A stretch of DNA of 64,000 bases from contig CM052816.1 of assembly GCA_028534125.1 (NCBI GenBank), positions 95,978,001-96,042,000 of the forward strand, in the 5' to 3' direction. Every line of letters starts with the position of its first letter. Position 1 is the stretch's first letter. This document shows positions 12,981 to 24,622 of this stretch, in pieces. A program made the translations under genes and the position numbers. A model generated the notes under the pieces. That model was not told the origin of the DNA and did not search any database. It saw only the letters and a list, made by a program, of their open reading frames with translations. Source of the DNA: Lama glama (Eukaryota).

Positions 12981-14439
12981 AATTGAGACTCCTCTTCCCC
13001 ACTGTCCCTTCGACACTGACAATTCCTTGGGAAACCCCTGTCCTCTGAATCGCCCTGTCAGAGAAGGGAAAGCGGGCACAGAGTTATAAAGGACAGTTTA
13101 ATTGAAGGGATTGCCATTGCTTTTGGTGGAATAGTATTTGCATTGTTTTGAAGAGGACCCACACTTTACATTTGGCTATATGGGATGCATCAAGGCAAGT
13201 ACTGGCACCTGTTGAGCAAGTGGATGTCAACATTATCTTTTGCCTTTAAAATTGTAAAAAGATACTATGGTGAGGCTGGTGTGGACTTCACTCTTCTCTT
13301 GCTTTTAACACAATGATGGACTTGTTTTCCTGAGTAAAGATATCTTGGAAATAATCATATACCTCTTGTTTCCATATTCCTTGCCGCCAAGCCTCCCTCT
13401 ACCAAATTCGATACGGTTTAAAATCTGGGAACATGTGCATTTTGACCGGATGTTGGTTAGATGATATGAAAAGGCAGAGAAGCGACACATTTTGCACTTT
13501 GGACCGAGCTGGACTGTCCCCACTTGGGATCATGCAAGGGTCTGCTCATTCTCTGCCCTTGTAATTATCATGCAGTGAACAGTTTGAGGGAGGCCCCTGA
13601 GCTGGGAGGGAGCAACTGCTCTCGCCCCCCCCCAGGCTTCTCTTTTAAAGACATTCCTATAGACGTGATGGCAGATTGTCCCACCTCTCCTGGGGGCATT
13701 GTGCTCTGTTGGGCTTGACTACTGGTCTTCTGATCCATAGTGGTGACAGGGAGGAGGTGTTGGGTGTGAAGGAGGTGCCACCTCATCCCACACTGGGAAA
13801 GGCCCTGCCTCGGATGCCAGCTTCTGTAGTTGATTGTGTAGCCTTGGTCCCTATGTGATCAGGATGGCGACTCAGTACTTCCTTCTAATGAATGTGGGAC
13901 TTCCTTCTGCACTTCGTAGTTTACATGCATTTCTTACCTTTACTCTGGGGATAAATTCTCAGCCAGCTGAAACCATAAATGAATACTCAGAAGAATCTTT
14001 GCAATGTGAATTTCTACTGTAGCTTTTGGACTGGCATGATGGAAATTTCTTAGTAAGAAATAATTCTTACATTTTAATGATCAAATACAAGTCACACGTC
14101 TTCTATGCATGAACTGAAGAGCAGAGATATATTCAGAAACACAAAGAAAGAAAATTACATTCAAAGTTTATTTCCTAGTTTTTATAAGTAGAGCTTAGGG
14201 AAGAAGGAGACATGGCTAAGCTGGAAGAATTGAAGATAAACCTCGAACAGACTGATTTATTATGTACTGTCCATTTTTAAATGTAAAAAATATTAGTTTG
14301 CTTTGCCAAGAATCCCTTAAAAATGTATGCATATCCTTTGATTGTCCGGGCTGTGATGGTCCCCACTGGTCCTCTCCTCACCCCCGTGCAGACGCATCTC
14401 TTTAGGTTACTACTTCATGGGAGTCATGTTGATGGGCTG

Positions 14440-14550
14440 GCTACTCAATCCCATAAACTCAATGTGGGCTCAGTCTTGTTCCTTCATATAGTCCAGCCTT
14501 TGCTACTGGCCAGACACTTAGTAGGGAGTCAACAAATACATACTGAATGG
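14440..14550 (+). mobile_element. LINE-2 3' tail
   Basis: 'cagacacttagtagggagtcaacaaatacatactgaatg' is a typical L2 terminus. Confidence 0.5.
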
Positions 14551-15449
14551 TGGACCACACAGACTCTGTGTCTGGACATGGTCCTTACTGCATATGCAGG
14601 AATGAGTCTTCTTGCTTTGGGAAACCGTGAAGGTGAGGGCAGCCAAGGTGCCTGTAAGAGGCAGCTTTTCCCACTGAGAACGTTTCCAGTTTGGGTTCGT
14701 TTACTTGCTGTCTTGTGATCAGACTTCACAGATGCCTCTTGACTTTCCTCTGGTGTGAGGCTGTCATTCAGAAATCTTTGTCCTTGACCATGCCTGCCTG
14801 CCTGCCACCTCCTAGGAATGGTGGTTCAATCACTGCCTCTGGGTAATTAAGCATCTCATTGGGACCCAGTGTACTCCAGGTAGGACCAAAGGAGTTTCAG
14901 CCCCATGGCTTAGAAGGAACACAGCTTTTTGTTTTAAAATAAAGGTAGTCTCGAAAGAGCTAAAAAGAATTTAAGCCCTTTGAAGTATTCTGCACCTACT
15001 TTGCTTTGGAAGTAGGTGTGTACCTGTATGTACAAATACTGTTCTTTTCCTGAAATTCCTAGGTTTCACTTCTGAATGAATATTTTAATATATACCATCA
15101 GTTCACAAGAACTTTTAAAGTAAAAAATACCAAAAGGAACATTTCTTAGAAAGGGAAACTTGAACATTTTGATCAGATACTTTGGAAAGCATAACTTTTT
15201 GTATGTGAGCTGATGCCGCTAATATACACCCACCTATGGGACAAATACTTGTTGTAGGAATAAATCTTGGACAATGTCTAAACTTGACCTGTGGCATTTA
15301 TTATTTGCTGCCTGCAAATAAGAATGTGCGTGACTCGTGTTTTCTCATCTAAAATTATAGCGGTCGTGATCTCATACAAGGTTAAAAGTTAGGGGGTTTA
15401 AGGAAATTTTGCAAACTCTTAAGTACTGTACAAATATAAGGTCAGTGGG

Positions 15450-15582
15450 GGCCGTGAGAGGAGGGGAATTGGTAGAAACTGACATATCAAAGACCTAATA
15501 ATCAGAAAATCAGGGGCCTGGGGCTGGGAGCAGGGTTGGTTAGAACGCTCCCCAGGTGAGCAGGTTGATGGAAAGCCACTGG
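15450..15582. mobile_element. MER5-like hAT-Charlie DNA transposon remnant
   Basis: 'aatcagaaaatcaggggcctggggctggg...ccccaggtgag...aaagccactgg' loosely follows the MER5A consensus. Confidence 0.4.
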
Positions 15583-16290
15583 TCCCATGCATCAGCACGT
15601 GTCCTGCAAAGACTCTGTTCCGATCCAGGGTCCAGACTTGAGAAACTCACTTGGAAAGCAGAAAGATCATATCTAGAGGTACACTGACTTCTTTCATTAA
15701 GCACCTTGAGGTCAGGGTCTGTGTCTTGAATTTCTTTTATTCATTATTATTCCTATAACATTTGGCTAATTATGCCAAAGGAAGATGGCTCTCTGTGGAT
15801 AGTTGCTGATTTAATTTGCTTTTTTAAAAGGGGATGATTAAGCTCAGTCTTTATGGAGACATTCGGAAGTACAGAGCCAGATCAGAATGTGGCCCACTCA
15901 CATTAAAAAATGTATTTTTAAAATTTAACTAAAAATAGGTGGAATATTTCGTGCATGCTCGAAGTAGGCACTACTTGCAGGAGGGTGACCCTCTGTCTGT
16001 CGCATTGAACCTGAGCGTGTCGAGAAATAATACCCAACAGACAGTTCGTGGACTCACTGCCAGAAAACGTTTTTTCAGAAATGTTCATTTCTATAAAGGT
16101 CAGTTCTGAGCTGCTGCTGGCTTGTGTGTGTGTGAGTGACTTCATGAGATGCTGGCCTCTTGCTCACATTGCATCAAAGCCTCATCTGGTTACATTTTTC
16201 ATCTTTGTTTCGCTGGAGTCATGGACAGTAGGACAGTAGGCTTTTTAATATTTGTTAAATGTTTTGTATATATACACATTTATTGATAGG

Positions 16291-16892
16291 CTTTATTTTT
16301 TAGAACAATTTTAGTTCACAGTACAATTGTGTGGAAAGTACAGCAATTTCCCATATCCCCCCTCGCTCCTCTGTATCACCACACCCTCCCCTGCCATCAG
16401 TAGGTTCCCCCAGAGGCATACACTTGTTATGGCTGATGAACCTACATTAACGCATTATTAACACCCAAAGTCCGTGGTTTACCAGGTCACTCTGGGTACA
16501 TGGTAAGGGCTTTGGCAAATGTATAATGATGTGTATCCATCATTGTAAGCAACCCCACACAGAGTAGTTACACTGCCGCAGAGGTCCCCCATGCTTCACC
16601 CATCATCCTTTCCTTCGCCCTAACCCCTGGCAACCACTGATCTTTTTACTGTCTCCGTAGGTTTACCATTTCCTGGGTGTCATACAGTTAGACTCATACA
16701 GAATGTAGCTTTGCAGATTAGATTCCTTCACTTAGTAACATGCATTTAAGGTCCCCCACTTTTGACTGGTTAGCTCATTTCCTTTTAGCCCTGAATCATA
16801 TTCCATTGTCTGGCTGTACCATGATATTTTCATCCAGTCACCTGCTAAAGGACATCTTGGTTCCTCCCATGTTTTGGCAATTATGGATAAGA
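16291..16892 (-). mobile_element. LINE-1 3' end, L1MC-like
   Basis: Diagnostic blocks 'gatgaacctacattaacgcattattaacacccaaagtcc', 'aacccctggcaaccactgatctttttactgtctcc' and 'aaggacatcttggtt...gttttggcaattatg'. Confidence 0.85.
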
Positions 16893-17199
16893 CAGTATGC
16901 TTTTAAAGGAGGTCTCTTGTACACTATTGTCTTTTAAATAAAGATTTCTGTTAAAATGAAAAGCAAGTGCTATTAAGGTGTTGCAGACACCACGGAGTCG
17001 GGGAGGAGGAGCTTGGGTACTGGGGAGGTTGAGGGGCCCTGGGTCGTCTGGTGTCCAGTTCCCTTGTGGCAGCTTCTCACCGAGGCTGCGGTAGGTGTGG
17101 GACCTGGTTTCCCTAGTTAGTTAGTTAATGAGGTCTCCCTAGGATTTCGCAAGAATCCGATAGTGTGAGCATTAGACAGACACTCTTCGAATGTTATGC

Positions 17200-17362
17200 A
17201 GATGTGCCTTTGAATCCCCGCTTGGGAGTCAGCTTCCCATTCGTGTGAATTTAGGCAAGTTTCTTAATCTTCCTGAGTCTCAGTTCTCTCTTCCAGAAAA
17301 GGTGTCAGTAATGCCTTCTCGGTGCTGTGTGCACAAAGCTTGGTGCAGAGTAAGTGGTCAGT
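17200..17362 (+). mobile_element. MIR SINE
   Basis: 'gtgtgaatttaggcaagtttcttaatcttcctgagtctcagttctctc' matches the MIR core. Confidence 0.7.
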
Positions 17363-17411
17363 GGGTGATTCTGCTCTCCACTGGAATGATCACGTGCCAG
17401 CTTATTCTAAC

Positions 17412-17565
17412 ATTTACTTACTGTGCTGTTTATTGTCTCTTGCCCTCTCCAGCAGCACGAGCGCCAAGAGAACAGCTCTGTTCATCTGACTTGTACCGAC
17501 TCAGCCCCAGTGCCTAGAAAATTGTCCGATACACTTAATAAATAGCTGTTGAATGAGTGAATGAA
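17412..17565 (+). mobile_element. LINE-2 3' tail
   Basis: 'ccccagtgcctagaaa...aataaatagctgttgaatgagtgaatgaa', the canonical L2 end with its (TGAA)n tail. Confidence 0.8.
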
Positions 17566-17772
17566 CTTTCCAAAGGAACTGATGGATTTCATAGAAGCTG
17601 CTCTGTGTCTTTTGTCTGTAATTTGGGAAGAGCCAGATTTGCCAAGGAAGAGCACTGAATGTTCATAAATTGAGGACCACTACTGGCAAATCCACTAACT
17701 GTGTATGTGGTTTCTTCTCTCAGTAAATATACTGAATAACAGTCACCACTCTTGATGGTAGGACTAACCAGT

Positions 17773-17819
17773 TTATCTACAAGAAGTTAGGGCACCCACA
17801 CCTAACTTCTTGTAGATAA
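17773..17819. repeat. Perfect 19-bp inverted repeat with 9-nt spacer
   Basis: TTATCTACAAGAAGTTAGG (17773-17791) and CCTAACTTCTTGTAGATAA (17801-17819) are exact reverse complements. Confidence 0.97.
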
Positions 17820-20675
17820 TTGCCCCTTTCTGATGGATAATGTGGCAGTGACAATAAATTTTTTTCTCTCTCTTTATAAATTATTGCTTAAAAAATTATT
17901 TTTATTTTTTCTTTCTAGTTTAACATTAGCTTGGCAGTGGCAATTTAAAGGTGATTGAAATAAAACACTGAAATTGATGATAGAAATCCGAACCTGACTT
18001 TTCTTAGAGGATTTGCCAACCCATCCATCAAGTTTTACTTCCTTAAATGTCTTACCTGCATTTGTATCTATTCAGGTCGTACACTTAGACTGTCTTGGTG
18101 GTACATCAACATGAAGGAACTTCAGAGTCCATGAAGTAGGGGGAGCAGCTGCTATGGAGAGAGCCGGGGGGCGAGCTTCACACAGAGCAGGTGGGCCTTG
18201 ACTCTCCCCAGTTCTCAGGTAGGGGAAACTGATGTCCAAGGATGTGTGAGACATGTACAGCTCCTTCTGCTGGAGGCTGAACTTGAGGACAGCGTGAGTG
18301 AAGTGCTGGCCACGGGGAGTGGACACCAAAAGGAGGGCCGCCTGTCACTGGTTTGTGACGGGAGACCCCTTGTTTCTCTCCTGTTGATCTGCCACCAGCT
18401 TCTGACAGCTCTGGCTTACAGGGCACTCCCTGAGGCTGAAAAAAACAGACAGAGTTTCTGCTGTGATTTCTGTGTTTATCCAGAACACAGTGGGAAGGCA
18501 GGCTGTGTGTGATCATGGGGACAGTGTGAGCTTTGGCATGAGCGGGACTGACACTTGCCAGGTTGGGGAGATAAGTTGGAAAAAAGAAGTCAGGGTTCAG
18601 GCTTGTGTAAAATGTGAGGTTATCCTCAAGGACCCTGTCCCCTGTGGTGCAGCGTCCACAGGCCTCGTCCCCACCCCCGCCAGGCCTCCTAAGTAGGTTC
18701 TCCCCAAGGAGCGGCAGGGCAGCGGCCACATTCTCCCTCCAGATGTGGGACTAGATGTTAGCGTCAGAGCTTTGAGGCTGGTTATTTTAAGGGCTGTTAC
18801 TGCCCTCCACGCCAGCCCCTGAGGGTCCAGTCGCTGGACACTGCCCTGAGGGAGGAATCCATTTATTTACTTATTTTGCATCCACTTTAATAATGTTTTT
18901 GAAATAAAATGCAGATGGCCGAGACATAATTTTAGTGTCAAATTATTTTCATAGATTTTTTTTTTCTCCATGACAGAGACATTAATGATGGAGCTCATGG
19001 AGAAAGGAGGTGATCTTCTATTTTTCTATCTCACGCACTCCTGAAAATGTCACACAGTCTGTAAAAGCTGTGGGGTAGGAGTAGGGTTGTGCCCATACCA
19101 AACTTGTGTCAATTTAAATAAGATGCATTATGCACGCTCTGCCTTTAGTGAATTCAAGCTGGACCTTTGTAATGTTCTCAAATCGCAAACGTTGCTCTTT
19201 TTTAGCAAATGAGCAGGAGGCAGTTGGCGATCCTTTTTCTTAAGTGCATTTGTTTTGAAGAAATCAGCTCAGGCACTTTACATATGTTTATTTTACCTAA
19301 GGAATTTGGTTTGTTGGGGGAGCAGATGAGAATCATTTCTTTCTCTAATTGTAAGTTTCTCATATGTTTTATTTCAAATAGTCTGTGCTGCCTGGCTCAT
19401 TTGGTAACTTTGTCCTGATCACATAAGAAGAAGAAAAATGCCAAAGACAGCACAGTGAGAGGAAGGTGGTGCCAACTAAAACTCAGTGTTGCGTAGCTAA
19501 AAATTGGAAAGTTGAGTGGTGCTTGAAGACACTGTATTTAGAGCAAAGACTCACTTGGGTGACCTGTTAGATATTTGTCATGAATAGTAATGGATGATAA
19601 TGTCAGAAATAACGTATCCATCCGCGAGCAGAGTTGTGATAACCATTCCCATTTGGAGCTTCTCCCATCTTTCTCCAAGCTGTGTTTCAAGGACACTTTC
19701 ATTTCTTAAGTGGGAAATATCCACTTCACTCTTTTATGCTATTTGAATTATTTTGACTGTGCGATTCGGCAAGTGGTTTCTCTCCACGCTTCTGATACTG
19801 GAATCCGATGGACCAGACATTTGCGATGTATTCGGCAACACCCACCACGCTCCATCTAGTTGTGGCAAAATGCATTCACCACCTTCTGTGCCAGTCCCCA
19901 CCACCCTGTCTTCCCGATGGCAGCTTTTCAATCTCCTTATGTTCTTGAGCCTGACAGAAGCCTGTCTTCTAGGAGGGACTGAAGTATGTGTTTTATGGAA
20001 AGGCTGATGTTTCGTCCCCTTTGCACAATTTTAGTTAGAATTAAAGGAGCCGTTGTGTCTTTGGCCAAGCACAGCGCCTGCCATTTAGTAAGGGTCTAGA
20101 AGCAGATTTCATGAAAAAGCTAACATTTTGTTCTCTTTTGAACAGTTTCCACTAGAGCCAGGGGGACCCATCATTGTTAGTTTAATTCTGCATTCAAATC
20201 AATTTTTATTTTTTCCTAATTGGGCCAAAGTGCTGAAGGCTCTTTGGACGTAATGTCTCTATGTGTCACCTCCTGTCTGGACCTCGGGAAAGCCTGCAAG
20301 AAGATGGTGTGTGAGCCCCACCAGGGATCTGTTCAAAGAGGGCTGATAGTCAGGATAGTGTTAAGCAGATTCTCATGGGAGCTTAACGCAAAATAAACAA
20401 CAACCAGAAACCAAACCAATCAAACAAATCAGCTAGTGAACTTTCCAGAAGGTGCTTTTGTGAATGAATCTTGTGGACTTAAAATCCAAAAGAACACAGC
20501 AGGATAGTTCATGCTAAAACGTACTCACTTCAGAAGGAACTGTGTAGATTTCGAACGTTCTCCTTTCCACAACTTCTAACCAGATGGTGGAGTTCAAATA
20601 GATTTAAATATCTTTCTGTTTCCAGAAAAGACACCATAATGGGCAAATTTTATTTTAGAATATAAAAAGTAAATA

Positions 20676-20755
20676 ATGACTGGGACATTGTGCCGTACAC
20701 CAGAAACTGACACATTGTAACTGACTGTACTTCAATAAAAAAAATGTTGAAATTA
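20676..20755 (+). mobile_element. Severely 5'-truncated young LINE-1 (3' tail only) with 12-bp TSD
   Basis: 'atgactgggacattgtgccgtacaccagaaactgacacattgtaactgactgtacttcaataaaaaaaa', flanked by AAAAAGTAAATA at 20664-20675 and 20756-20767. Confidence 0.88.
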
Positions 20756-21339
20756 AAAAAGTAAATATTATAGGTAAATGTGATCTGGGGACACACAGGC
20801 AGTGCATTAGAGAACATGGACCAGGTCAGTTTCGGAACTGATTAACTTGAGGACAAGGTCTTATGCAGGGGTGTGGGAGGCATAAGCCCCACACGGATGC
20901 TGGTGTTCAGCAGATACAGGGTTGAGACTATCACTGATCTTTCTGACCTGAAAGCAGTAATGAAGAATATGGTCACAAAGGGTAGAATATAGTGACATTA
21001 GAATATGGCCCGTCAAAGTGGTCTTTCTCAACAAACTTACCCGTGAAAAGCAGTGCATTTAGCATCTGGACTTTTAAGTGTTCCTTACAAGTTGTAAAGT
21101 GCTCAGTGAGGCCATCTGGGTATTCCAACTGCCTCTCACTTCATGTGCAATTGGGGAGATGCACAGGAAGACAGATTTCGCTTGTCCAGAGAAGGACCAA
21201 AAAGTGAGCAATTTAAGCCAAAGAAAGGATGGAGTAGCCTCGCAGATGAGAGTGTTGGTAGAGCATGTGTTCCCAGGCAGAACAAAAACTAACAGGAGAA
21301 GTGTCGAGGGTAACTCTTTTTCCCGTTAATGGTGGGAAA

Positions 21340-21690
21340 AAGATGATGCTAGGTTTCCCAGTGTGATTTAATGCTGTACTGGAAATTTTAAGCAATGCGA
21401 TTAATGCGACAAAAGGAGATAAGAAAATTGTAATGTTGAAGCTGAAAATATAGAATTACTCCACGTTATTGGCCCCCAAAACACAAGATACTCAGTTACA
21501 AATATTGGAAGAAATAAGAGGTTCAGTCAGGTTACAAGTTACAAAATAAATACACGAAGGTCAACAGTTTTCTATTTCTGAGCAATAAATGATGAATACA
21601 TAACAGCATAATGTCATCCCGTTCATGATGGCAACACAAATACAAAATACCTAAGAGTCAACTTAAAGAACGTGTAGGATCCATACAGCT
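21340..21690 (+). mobile_element. Ancient LINE-1 ORF2 internal remnant
   Basis: 'tttaatgctgtactggaaattttaagcaatgcgatt', 'caggttacaagttacaaaataaatacacgaaggtcaacag' and 'aaaatacctaagagtcaactta' follow the order of the L1 ORF2 RT region; no intact frame. Confidence 0.65.
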
Positions 21691-22250
21691 CTCCAGTGAC
21701 TGCTTGCACTGATGTTGGTTTTCCTAAGGTTGTTGGTCAGTAGATCATCCCGAGAGCCTGGAGTGTCCCATCCGTGGTTCGCTTTCTGTGTTTGGCGTTC
21801 ATTGAGGATGATGAGGTTGGGTGTGCAGTGGGGCCCTGCTGTCTCATGCCTCCTGGGCATCAGCCATCATTCAGGGCACCTTCCTGCCTCTTTGGTCCAA
21901 GTACTCACACTGGTGGTTCCATCCCAAGAGCAGATGCTCTTGCTGATGACCCAGGGTGTGAGTGGTGGGCGCCATTGTTTAGAGGTTCTGAATGGAGTTC
22001 CCTCACAGATCCCCGTGAACTTTGTTTCTCTAGCCCATCATTGAATCTTTTCCTTTCTGTCTTTCAGGGATTTCTCAAGATTTCTGTCCCACACGGCACT
22101 TTCTTTTTGTCTTCTAGCACTTTCATGAATATTTTATTTTAAATGCACACATCCTTTTTGTCATTTTCAAGGCCGCATGATGGCATGAGGAGGCAGGTAC
22201 CCAGGGTCAGAACCCTGAACCATACAAGGTTTCACACAGCTTTCCCCAGG

Positions 22251-22472
22251 TAGGGTTGCCAGATAAAGCACAAGGTGCCCATTTGAGTTTGAACTTCAGA
22301 TAAACAATGCATAATTCTGTTAGTATAAATCTGTGCTATAGTTACTCTAAAAAATGTATCTACTGTTTATCTGAAATTTACATTTAACCTAAAAAACTAT
22401 GTGTGTGTTTATCTGCAACTCAAATTCAATTGCGACATGCTGTATTTTTATTTGCTAAATCTGGTGATCCTA
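22251..22472 (-). mobile_element. MER53-like palindromic non-autonomous DNA transposon
   Basis: Termini TAGGGTTGCCAGAT...atttgctaaatctggtgatccta; internal inverted 'ttcagataaaca' and 'tgtttatctgaa'. Confidence 0.85.
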
Positions 22473-22706
22473 CCTTAGGTGTCTGGTGAACAGAAGGTGC
22501 ACCGACTCTGGAGGAACATGTGTGTGGTGGAGAGCAGGGGTGGGGACATAATGACCCATACTTTGATGGACCTCCCTAGAGCCCCAACACTGCAGATCTT
22601 TAGAGAGGATTCATTTTGAGAATTGGACCAAATGAAATGGTAGTTGAACGAAGACTGACATACCTCATATTGATCTGGTGCTTTTTCTTAAAGAAAATTT
22701 CACAAT

Positions 22707-23010
22707 TAGTCTGTTTGGGCTGCTATAATAAAATATCCTACACTGTTCTGGAAGCTGAGAAGTCCAAGATCAAGGTGCTGGCAGAGCCAGTGTCTGATGT
22801 GAAGCCCTGAGTTCTGGTTCATACTCACCACATACTCGCGTGGTGGAAGGGGCAAGGGAACTTTCTCAGCTGCTATTATGAGGGCACTGGTCCTAATCCT
22901 GAGGGTACCACCCACATGACCTAATCAATTTCACTTCCCAATATCATCACTTTCGGGATTAAGATCTCCACGTATGAATTTTGGGGTCTCCAAACATTCA
23001 TACCATAGCA
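22707..23010 (-). mobile_element. MaLR LTR (MLT1A-like), internally deleted
   Basis: 'ttagtctgtttgggctgctataa...gttctggaagctgagaagtccaagatcaaggtgctggcag...aaacattcataccatagca'. Confidence 0.85.
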
Positions 23011-24384
23011 ATAATTGAGTATATGAATTATACAGATACTAACTGTGAAAAAATGAATTTCTAATAAGTACACTGACATGTAATGATAAGTAACACTTCA
23101 CTTCAAATATGATATTATAAAGCCTAGCCCACTGAGTTATTTCTAGTACTTTGCTTGAAGTGTAAAATAATTCTTCAGTAGTATTATTAAAACACACCCC
23201 TTAATTATAGTTCTAGCATTTCCATTTAGTATCATTAACTTCAACGATGTTGAATGTTGATGGTGACAGCCAGCTAACTAGCTGTTTGCTTACAGCCTCC
23301 TGATGACATGCGAAAGAAGAGCGAGCGTGTTAAAACAAAGAGCTCACATAAGGAATTTTTTAATATTTTTCTGACCATGGGAGGCCAATGAAATAACGTT
23401 AGTGGCTAATTATTATTGACATATTTGTCAAATGACTCTAAAATCTGTAAACAGAGCTTTCATTTTTATTTAGCAGAAGAGCATGGAGTACCTGCTTTGC
23501 CTTAATCTGTGGGAAAAAGTTCTTTATAAAATTGCCTACATTTTAATGGTTTCAGGTTGGAAAGCTGTTCTTTTTTCCTCTAAAAAATCTGTAGATATCA
23601 ACAATTCATTTTCTTCTTTTTTGCTATTCTTAAGTGACAACATTTTGACTTGGTATTTCCTGGGACCCCTGCGTTGCAGAATACGATTCTGTGAATGAAG
23701 AATCGGCTCCCAAGAACTGCCACATTTAGAGTCGTCTTACCATCTCTCTGCTCATGCACGTGTTGGCAGTACTGTCTGCGTCAGGCAGAAAGAAGTAATT
23801 AACATGGTGTTGTCTATATCTCTCATAGATTTCCTCTTCTGTTGTCTAATCCCTCACAACTGCTTTTTTTTCCTCCCCCTTAAATCTTAGAGCATTTATT
23901 TTTAAACTGTACTCATTTTGTGCCTTATGCATGTCAATCTTTGGGTCTGATTCACTTTTCTCTTCTGAATCTTTTGATAACATAAGAATTTAAGGGCTTG
24001 TCTCCTATGTACCAGGGCAAGAGGAAACCAGAGAATAAAAGGGAAGTAGCATCCAGAATTCTTATTGCAGCGTTTTCAGCTGACTTTATTTAAATGGTTA
24101 GTAGCTTACTCTCTCATGTCTGTACATTCTTTCTGTCCTGCCGCACTTGTTTCTGGTACGTATTATTGCCTGTATGGGCAATGCATACCTTTTTATGCAC
24201 TCTGAGCTTTGTTCAGGCTTTTGTAATGGGTGGTATTTGCTGTGCTCGGATTCATTTATGACTTTCTGTTAGCTCTACAATCTGGCTCATCACTCACTCC
24301 TTTAAACGTGATTGGAAACCAGGACCTGAGTTGCCATGTATTTTATGAGGATAGGCGTATCAATCTTTGCCTTACTGAGAAATT

Positions 24385-24622
24385 GAGAGGAGAGAGAGAG
24401 ATGGGGGAGGTAAAATGGGAAGGGGGGAAGTGAAGGAGGGCAGAGGAGAAGGATGAGAGAGGAAGAGACTGAGAAAGATGTGGGGAGAGACTGGGAAAGA
24501 GGGATGGAGAAGAGGAAGGAGCCCCAAAGAGAGAAGGTAGTGGGAGAGAAGGAAGTGAGAGAGAAAGGGGTGACAGAGGGAGAGGTGAAGAGAGACCAGG
24601 AAGTCTCAGAATGAGAAGGTGA
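24385..24622 (+). repeat. GA-rich (polypurine) low-complexity tract
   Basis: About 240 nt made up almost entirely of G and A (gagagaggaagagactgagaaag...). Confidence 0.85.

Noticed and set aside
22300..22400. miR-1302-like precursor
   Set aside because: The central MER53 segment carrying the mature sequence is not present and the arms are diverged.
7639..23329. Identical 13-mer AAGAGCGAGCGTG at 7639 and 23317
   Set aside because: Dozens of 13-mer matches are expected by chance in 64 kb, and the homology does not extend.
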